From: Ktedonobacterales bacterium
GTDB lineage: Bacteria > Chloroflexota > Ktedonobacteria > Ktedonobacterales > JADMIN01
Length of the DNA: 64,000 nucleotides
NCBI GenBank assembly: GCA_035716045.1
Contig: DASTKI010000157.1
Location: forward strand, 11,341 to 75,340
Reading direction: 5' to 3'
In this document: piece after piece, positions 58,117 to 64,000 of the stretch
Position numbering within the stretch: the stretch's first letter is position 1
How the letters are laid out: each line of letters starts with the position of its first letter
Made by a program: the position numbers and the translations under genes
The notes under the pieces: generated by a model
Told to the model about the DNA's origin: nothing
The model's database searches: none
The model's input: the letters and a program-made list of their open reading frames with translations, nothing else

Positions 58117-58875
58117 ATGGAGTTCATGAGTACCGCAACCACTATCATACACCTCCAGGGTGAGGCGCCGGAGGCGATCGAGCGGGCGCTGGAAGCGATC
58201 TTCGCCCGTGAGGGACGCGCGCGCGCGTTGCAAGTCGAAGGGACCTATTCGGCTGTGCTGGAGCGCGCCACCAGTCCCGACCTGGATGTAGCGTATCGCT
58301 ATCTGTTGCTGCGCCCGCGCCCGACAGGCTGGACGCCGCTGCTGGAACTGGGCTTGCGCGCCGAAGGGCTCGATATCGAGCTTTCGCTTGCGCTCGGTGG
58401 AGCCACGATGGTCGCTGTCTTCCAGTATGGCGAGGTTGTCTCTGGCTATCGCGTCATACGCCAGGGCGTCGAGATAGACCGGTATCTTAGCGATCCGACC
58501 GCCTTCGAGGGGGACGACGCGGGCGTTGTAGCCTCCGGCGAGGCGAGGAGGCCACTCTCGTCGGAGGACATCGAGGCGGCGCGTGGGCGGCCTGAGCGAT
58601 TCGCTGACCTGCTTCCGGCGGAAACGGCGCCCGGGGCGTTCGCCCAGGTTGTGCTGCGCCCTGGCTGGTGGGAGGAGCGCGACGCGGGCGACTCAGACGC
58701 GACGGGCGCCGCGGATGAGTCCGGCGAAGTTGAGCTGGTGGATGAGGTGGACCGTGCGCGTTGCATTGGACTGGCGCTGGAGCTGTGGGCCCCGGACGAT
58801 TACCCGCTGGCTGGGGATTTAGAAGACGTGCCCAACGCCGTGGCTGGACCGGCCATCGCGCTGGCATGGGAATAA
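58117..58875 (+). CDS. hypothetical acidic protein (about 250 aa)
   Basis: GC3-rich ORF. I recognise no family. The start is either ATG 58117 or ATG 58126; the latter could be leaderless relative to the TACAAT at 58113. Confidence 0.55.
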   Translation: MEFMSTATTIIHLQGEAPEAIERALEAIFAREGRARALQVEGTYSAVLERATSPDLDVAYRYLLLRPRPTGWTPLLELGLRAEGLDIELSLALGGATMVAVFQYGEVVSGYRVIRQGVEIDRYLSDPTAFEGDDAGVVASGEARRPLSSEDIEAARGRPERFADLLPAETAPGAFAQVVLRPGWWEERDAGDSDATGAADESGEVELVDEVDRARCIGLALELWAPDDYPLAGDLEDVPNAVAGPAIALAWE

Positions 58876-59035
58876 TCCCAGGTCCGCAAATCGGCGGGAA
58901 TAGCAGGCGCCCGCCTATCATGGCCTCGCTATTGCGTCTTGCTCATCACCTACGGTACGCTACAATGCGTATGTCTATGCGCTGGCGGGCTGCGCCCGCC
59001 GAGGCCGCCGATGGCGGAGATATCTGGGAGGATGG

Positions 59036-59611
59036 ATGGCCGGCGATCTGATGCGGAGCGGCCGCACGGGCCCGCGCAAGAGCGCGCGTGAGTCTGGGGC
59101 GTTCGCTGTGGCGATTCAGCCGACTGAACAGAGCTATTACGACACACGATGGCCTCTGATCAATCAGGCGCTCGCCATCGCTGAGCGGCTTACGGGCGGG
59201 CGCGCAGGCATGTTGCAGCGGCTCGTTACCTATGTGCTGATCGGTGGCACGGCGGCGCTGGTCAATCTGGGTGTGCTCGCTATCTTCCAGCGCGAGGGCT
59301 CGTTCAAGGTGGTGTGGTATCTCATTATCGCTAATGTCGCCGCCTATGAGCTCTCGATCCTCGCCAATTTTATCCCGAACGATTATTTCACCTTTCGCTT
59401 CCTCCCCGGCCACCAGCGTTCATGGCTGGCGCGCTGCCTGCGCTTCCACCTCACCAGCCTCAGTGGAGTCCTGGTGACGAGCATACTGTTCTTTCTTCTG
59501 TATCACTGGCTCGGATTGACCGCGCTGCTGGCTCAGGCGATCGCGCTGGTTCTGGCCGTCTTCTACAATTTCACCGTCCATCACGCCTTCACTTACGCCC
59601 ACCAGCGTTAG
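59036..59611 (+). CDS. GtrA-family membrane protein
   Basis: LVTYVLIGGTAALVNLGVLAIF...NFIPNDYFTFRF...FYNFTVHHAFTY gives a typical GtrA 4-TM pattern. GGGAGGA lies upstream of ATG 59036. The N-terminal ~55 aa is an extension relative to typical GtrA. Confidence 0.7.
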   Translation: MAGDLMRSGRTGPRKSARESGAFAVAIQPTEQSYYDTRWPLINQALAIAERLTGGRAGMLQRLVTYVLIGGTAALVNLGVLAIFQREGSFKVVWYLIIANVAAYELSILANFIPNDYFTFRFLPGHQRSWLARCLRFHLTSLSGVLVTSILFFLLYHWLGLTALLAQAIALVLAVFYNFTVHHAFTYAHQR

Positions 59612-59643
59612 TCTGCGCCGCGCCAAGGCAATGGAGCCGCTTC

Positions 59644-60747
59644 ATGGAGACCTTTGCACTTGGCTTGGAGCTCAACCGGCTCTTTTACAGCGAGATTGTC
59701 CGGCCGCTCCTCGCCGCCCGATTTCCAGATGTGCGCTATTCCGCGGCGCTCATCGGGTATGGTTCGGATGTGCTAGGCTTCGATACGCCGATGTCGCGCG
59801 ATCACGAGTGGGGGCCGCGCCTCCTGCTCTTCCTTGACGGCGAAACGTACGAGAGCTCCCAGGCGGCGATTGATTCCGCGCTGCGCCGCGAATTGCCCGC
59901 GACATTCAGAGGCTATTCGACGAACTATTCAGCGCCGAATCCTGGCGGCTGGGTCCGCAGTCTCGCGGATGGTGTGGCTGGCGCCATTGACCACCATATC
60001 CAGTTCTATACGGTCAGCGCGTTCACGCGGCATGAGGTTGGTATCGAGCCACACGCGCAAATCACGCCGCGCGACTGGTTGACGTTTCCCGAGCAGAAGT
60101 TGCTCGAAGTCACGGCGGGCGCGGTCTACTACGATGGACTCGATGAGCTCATTTCGCTGCGCCAGAGGCTCGACTACTATCCTCATGATGTCTGGTTGTA
60201 CCGCATGGCGGCTCAATGGCAGCGCATCGCGGAGGAAGAGGCGTTCGTTGGGCGCTGCGGTGATGTCGGCGACGACCTTGGCTCCCGGATCGTCACTGCG
60301 CGCCTGGCGCGGGAGGTGATGCGGCTGTGCTTCTTGCAGGAGCGCCGCTACGCTCCCTATAGTAAGTGGTTGGGTACGGCGTTTCAGACGCTGGCTTGCG
60401 CGGACGTCGTAGGGCCTTTGCTCGCCTCGGCGTTGACCACATCAGACTGGCGGGCGCGTGAGCGGTTTCTGGGCGAAGCGTATGAGGGTATCGCCCGCGC
60501 GCATAATGCCCTGTCGGTCACGGAGCATCTGGAGCCCACGCTGCGGTCCTACTATGACAGACCGTATCAGGTGATACAGGCTGAGCGTTTCTCGTCCGCG
60601 CTCAGCCAGGCGATTCGTGACCCGGAGATCCAGCGCGTCATTGCCGATTGCGGCCTGTCGGGCGCGGTAGACCAGTTCGTGGACGAGGTTGGTATCCTCC
60701 AGCATGCCCGGCGCTCCAGGGGACTGCGCGAGGTTCTCGGTAGGTAG
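59644..60747 (+). CDS. DUF4037-like (nucleotidyltransferase-fold) protein
   Basis: Starts at METFALG (ATG 59644). IGYGSDVLGFDTPMSRDHEWGPRL matches DUF4037 as I recall it. Confidence 0.6.
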   Translation: METFALGLELNRLFYSEIVRPLLAARFPDVRYSAALIGYGSDVLGFDTPMSRDHEWGPRLLLFLDGETYESSQAAIDSALRRELPATFRGYSTNYSAPNPGGWVRSLADGVAGAIDHHIQFYTVSAFTRHEVGIEPHAQITPRDWLTFPEQKLLEVTAGAVYYDGLDELISLRQRLDYYPHDVWLYRMAAQWQRIAEEEAFVGRCGDVGDDLGSRIVTARLAREVMRLCFLQERRYAPYSKWLGTAFQTLACADVVGPLLASALTTSDWRARERFLGEAYEGIARAHNALSVTEHLEPTLRSYYDRPYQVIQAERFSSALSQAIRDPEIQRVIADCGLSGAVDQFVDEVGILQHARRSRGLREVLGR

Positions 60748-60858
60748 TCGCGCGGGCCTTCCCCGCAGTTGCTTGCAATGGCGCCCGGTCGGCGCTTGCA
60801 TGCCATGCGGCGTAACAGGCCAAGCTATGGCCGGTATAAAGAAAGGCGAGGGAAGCCC

Positions 60859-61878
60859 GTGCGTCTGGCGGATATTGGCGAGTTCGCGCTGATCGCGCGA
60901 CTTGCCAAAGGGCTAGAGGCTCGCCCGGATGTGGCGCTTGGCGTGGGTGACGACGCCGCGGCGCTCGATCTAGGCGCCGATCAGCTTCTCCTGGCCACCT
61001 GCGACGCGCAAGTTGAAGGCCGTCACTTCCTCACGCGCGTCGCTTCTCCCTACGAGATCGGTCATAAAGCGCTGGCCGTCAATTTAAGCGATATCGCTGC
61101 GATGGGCGGCCAGCCGCTCTGGGTCCTGGTGTCGCTGATCGCTCCGCCAGAGTTGGATGTGCTGGTGGTAGATGGTGTCTATGAAGGGCTGCGGACGCTG
61201 GCGGCGCGCTACAACGTTGCCATCGTCGGCGGCAACGTCTCCTCTACTAGCGGCCCGCTGACCATTGATATCACCGCGCTGGGTCGCGTCGCGCGCGACC
61301 GCATGCTGACGCGGGCTGGCGCGCGCCCGGGCGACGTGTTGCTGGTGACGGGGAGCCTCGGCGCTGGTCGGGTTGGACTTCGCGCGTTTACTTCCTCCGG
61401 CGCCCAGCCTCCCTCCGATGCGCTGGCGCGGGTCCGCGCGCGCATGGTGACGCCCGAGCCGCGTGTGCGCGAGGGGATGGCGCTCGCCGCGACAGGCGCG
61501 GTCACCGCGATGCTCGATATCAGCGATGGGCTGGCGGGCGACCTCGGTCACATCTGCGAGCGCAGCCACGTGGGCGCGCTGGTGGACGCTGCCGCCCTGC
61601 CGGTGGATGACGCGACTCGCGCCGTCGCGCTCGCCATGGGCGAGGACGCCGACGCGCTGGCGCTCGCTGGCGGCGACGATTATGAGCTGCTCTTCACCGC
61701 GCGCCCTGAGGAGGTCGCGCGCGTGACGGAGGCTGCGCGGGCGGCGGGCTCGGTGGTCACTGTGATCGGCGCGATCACCCCGCCAGAGGAGGGCTTGCGC
61801 ATCCGAGCGCCGGACGGCGCCATCCGCCCGCTGGCCGCGCGCGGGTGGGACCATCTCACCCCAGATAGCGCTGGCTGA
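60859..61878 (+). CDS. thiL: thiamine-monophosphate kinase
   Basis: Motifs: LADIGEFALIARL, GVGDDAA, ATCDAQVEGRHF, LSDIAAMGG and GGDDYELLFT. GTG 60859 is the likely start. Confidence 0.85.
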   Translation: MRLADIGEFALIARLAKGLEARPDVALGVGDDAAALDLGADQLLLATCDAQVEGRHFLTRVASPYEIGHKALAVNLSDIAAMGGQPLWVLVSLIAPPELDVLVVDGVYEGLRTLAARYNVAIVGGNVSSTSGPLTIDITALGRVARDRMLTRAGARPGDVLLVTGSLGAGRVGLRAFTSSGAQPPSDALARVRARMVTPEPRVREGMALAATGAVTAMLDISDGLAGDLGHICERSHVGALVDAAALPVDDATRAVALAMGEDADALALAGGDDYELLFTARPEEVARVTEAARAAGSVVTVIGAITPPEEGLRIRAPDGAIRPLAARGWDHLTPDSAG

Positions 61879-61998
61879 AGTCGCGGCGTGACGCTCGTCA
61901 CACCAATCGGAGCGCGTTCGTGATACACTCAAAAGAGATTTCTATAGAGAGATACCCGGCGCCCTGTGAGACGGCGGGTGTATGAGGCGATCACTTGT

Positions 61999-62697
61999 AT
62001 GGCGCAGACCGCTGGCCCCAACGATGAGTTGCCCGAGGCGCTAGGCGCGCTGGCAAGCGACACGACCGAGTTGGGTATCGTTGTGGGCGAGATGTTCCAG
62101 TACACCGCCGCCAGCCTCTTCTGGTCTGATGGCGTGACAGCGCGCTATGCGATGGAGACGCGCGCCTGGGTGGCGCAGTCCGTGAGCGTTCTCCGGCGTC
62201 GTGCGCTCAACCTCATCCATCGCTTCGCTCCCCAGGCCGATGACCTGCGCCGCATCGCCGAGCTGCAGCAGGCTACAAGCGAGTACGCGCGCATCGCTGA
62301 GCGCGCCGGCCATGTCGCGGAGCACGCGCTCCGTCTGGAGGGCGGCGCCGATGATATCCTCGCCAGCATCCATGCCGAGGCGCCTGACGTGCTGCGCGCG
62401 CTCATCAGCGTGATCGTCGAGCAGATGCGCGGCGTGTTCCTCGTGACCGCTTCGCGCGACATGGCGCTAGCCCGCGACCTGATCGAGCGCGATGCCGAGG
62501 TGGAAGTGATCTACCGGCGGGTCAAGGCGCTGCTCGACTGGCGCATCCGCAACGATCCCTTCAACGCGCTCCCTATGCAGCGGCTGCTGATCGTCGCCAG
62601 CGACATGCGCCAGATCGGGGCGTCGGTGGTGGCGATTTGCAGTGCGGCTCTGGGCGTGGCGACACCACGGACTGGCAGCCCTACCAGGCGACTGTAA
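61999..62697 (+). CDS. PhoU-domain-like protein
   Basis: There are two helical repeats with PhoU-like patterns: DDLRRIAELQQATSEYARIAERAGHVAEHA and ALARDLIERDAEVEVIYRRV...ASDMRQIGASVVAI. Start is ATG 61999. Confidence 0.5.
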   Translation: MAQTAGPNDELPEALGALASDTTELGIVVGEMFQYTAASLFWSDGVTARYAMETRAWVAQSVSVLRRRALNLIHRFAPQADDLRRIAELQQATSEYARIAERAGHVAEHALRLEGGADDILASIHAEAPDVLRALISVIVEQMRGVFLVTASRDMALARDLIERDAEVEVIYRRVKALLDWRIRNDPFNALPMQRLLIVASDMRQIGASVVAICSAALGVATPRTGSPTRRL

Positions 62698-62728
62698 CCT
62701 CGCCACCCCCAGCGCTCAGGCGCGTGTT

Positions 62729-63229
62729 TCAGAATAGCGTGTCGAAAGGCTCCTCGCCGCGGGCGAGATGCGCGCGCAACTCATCCAGCGCTGCTAGCGC
62801 GTGGGCGCGCTCCTCCGCGCTCAGGGTCTCATCAGCCTCGAACTCATCCATATCCAGCGTCAGCGCCGAGCCATCAGGCGCGACCCAGAGGTCAAGCGTC
62901 AGATCGCGGTAGCTCACAGCGTCCTCCTTGATCTCGGCGGGCCACGTGACGTTGCAGTACCAGCCCTTCAGCGCGCCACCTCGCTCACGTACCTCCATGA
63001 TGTTGTACCAGCGGTCGGTGTAGAACCACTCGATGAAGCGGTCGCCTGGATCGAATGTGGTGTACCCAAGCTCCATGCGCGCCCGCGTCCATGCGGCATC
63101 CACCCGCACGCCCGCGCCGAGTGTCGCCGCGATCACGCCTTCATATACGAACACCACCTCGCCGCGCGCGCTCAGCTTACGGACGGTGACCGTTCTCCCC
63201 GTGTCAATGGTGTCTGGCGCCTCTGCCAT
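62729..63229 (-). CDS. DUF402-domain protein (nucleoside di/triphosphatase-like)
   Basis: FIEWFYTDRWYNIMEV...KGWYCNVTWP...YRDLTLDLWVAPDGSALTLDMDEF. AGGGAGAA RBS is present. Confidence 0.75.
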   Translation of the reverse strand: MAEAPDTIDTGRTVTVRKLSARGEVVFVYEGVIAATLGAGVRVDAAWTRARMELGYTTFDPGDRFIEWFYTDRWYNIMEVRERGGALKGWYCNVTWPAEIKEDAVSYRDLTLDLWVAPDGSALTLDMDEFEADETLSAEERAHALAALDELRAHLARGEEPFDTLF

Positions 63230-63311
63230 CGTTACTCATTCTCCCTTGCTCTCGCTGCGCGCATCGTCTGGAAAAGCGGGTTCCTTACGCTTGGCCTCTA
63301 CTGTGTGGTGA

Positions 63312-64000
63312 TTACGGTCCAGACATTTCCGCAGCCATCGCCTGCGCGAGCGCCTGCTCCTGCTGGTTCGCCAGCGGGAGGGCCGGGAACTGGCGCTTCG
63401 TGTCCGTGTTGGCCGCGTAGAGCAGACCGAAGCGCCAGAGCAGAACCGCCTGCGGCATTGAGGTGTCGCGCTGTACGGTGACAATCGCGCCGTTGGCTGG
63501 ATTACGACCCGAGGTGGTCCCATTCAGGATGGGGCCGTATTGGGCTTTTACCGCCTCAAGCGCCGCAAGTTGCACGATACCATCTAGCGCGCCCTGGTCC
63601 TGAGATGAGACCTTCCAATCTGTGCCGTCGAGGACCACGGCGAATGTCACAGTGTCCGGCCCCAGCGCGCCATATGTCGTGGCAGGGGCTGATGTGATCA
63701 GGGATGAAAAGGTGCGCCCAGTGGCGTCCTTTATCGTCCATGTTGGCTCGACTCGCGCCGTGAGATCCCACTCACTAGAGATGACGGACGCGTTCCCATC
63801 CATGGGGCAGAGAAAAGGGCAGTTGGGATCTTTCGGCTCCTCGGCCTGTTCGAGCCCCATCGTAAATGCCATTGCTGTCTGTGCGATCTCCACCTTCCCG
63901 AGCTGGTTGAGGTACCGCTCGCCCGGCTCGATAGTCGCGCTGGCTGAATAGCCGCCCAGCGCCGTGTTGACGGCGGATGTCAGCTGATTGTAGTGCGTCG
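63312..64000 (-). CDS. hypothetical protein, 5'-partial (continues beyond window end)
   Basis: The ORF track starts it at GTG 63893. Manual translation shows the same frame stays open to 64000 (…THYNQLTSAVNTALGGYSASATIEPGERYLNQLGKVEIAQTAMAF…) with coding-like composition. I recognise no family. Confidence 0.5.
   Translation of the reverse strand, partial: THYNQLTSAVNTALGGYSASATIEPGERYLNQLGKVEIAQTAMAFTMGLEQAEEPKDPNCPFLCPMDGNASVISSEWDLTARVEPTWTIKDATGRTFSSLITSAPATTYGALGPDTVTFAVVLDGTDWKVSSQDQGALDGIVQLAALEAVKAQYGPILNGTTSGRNPANGAIVTVQRDTSMPQAVLLWRFGLLYAANTDTKRQFPALPLANQQEQALAQAMAAEMSGP

Noticed and set aside
60748-60858. TPP riboswitch upstream of thiL
   Set aside because: No CUGAGA or ACCUGAUCUGGAUAAUGCCAGCG-like core is present, and the region is too short.

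Overview
This is a GC-rich, densely coding 64-kb chromosomal segment (roughly two-thirds G+C by eye, not computed). It carries about 60 protein-coding genes, strong GGAGG-type ribosome-binding sites, and several ATGA start/stop overlaps.

The content is mostly housekeeping:
- Cofactor and core metabolism: folate (folE; folP-folC), NAD (nadB-nadC-nadA), haem (hemB), thiamine (thiL), proline catabolism (pruA), base-excision repair (nth) and thymidine phosphorylase.
- A pgeF-yggS-X-yggT-yggU division-associated cluster.
- Clp proteolysis: clpP, an atypical clpC and a ClgR-like regulator.
- A heterodimeric ABC exporter pair and an ECF-like sigma/anti-sigma pair.
- A block of polytopic GT-C-type membrane glycosyltransferases.

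Gene content suggests a monoderm Terrabacteria lineage, possibly Chloroflexota, but that is inference only. I found no rRNA, tRNA, CRISPR array or intact mobile element. Two CDSs run off the window ends and are missing or truncated in the ORF track (1-639 minus; 63312-64000 minus).

I do not see a clear-cut novel multi-gene system such as a defence island. The most unusual items are:
1. A Clp-related set: a 43-bp perfect composite palindrome between a ClgR-like regulator and DUF4177-clpP; a ClpC paralogue whose N-domain is replaced by a C4 zinc ribbon plus a Gly/Met-rich linker; and, directly upstream of it, a catalytically dead IS200-type TnpA with an AT-hook tail, followed by three helically phased 11-bp direct repeats.
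2. Two translationally coupled ORFs (484 and 1579 aa) that together encode about four GT-C modules.
3. An ECF-like sigma factor with a roughly 400-aa acidic, apparently disordered tail.
4. A NYN-domain protein split by a roughly 120-aa acidic/Gln/Tyr-rich insertion.
5. Candidate operators at the nadBCA and hemB promoters.

All family assignments come from motif recognition by eye and memory. No database search was run.
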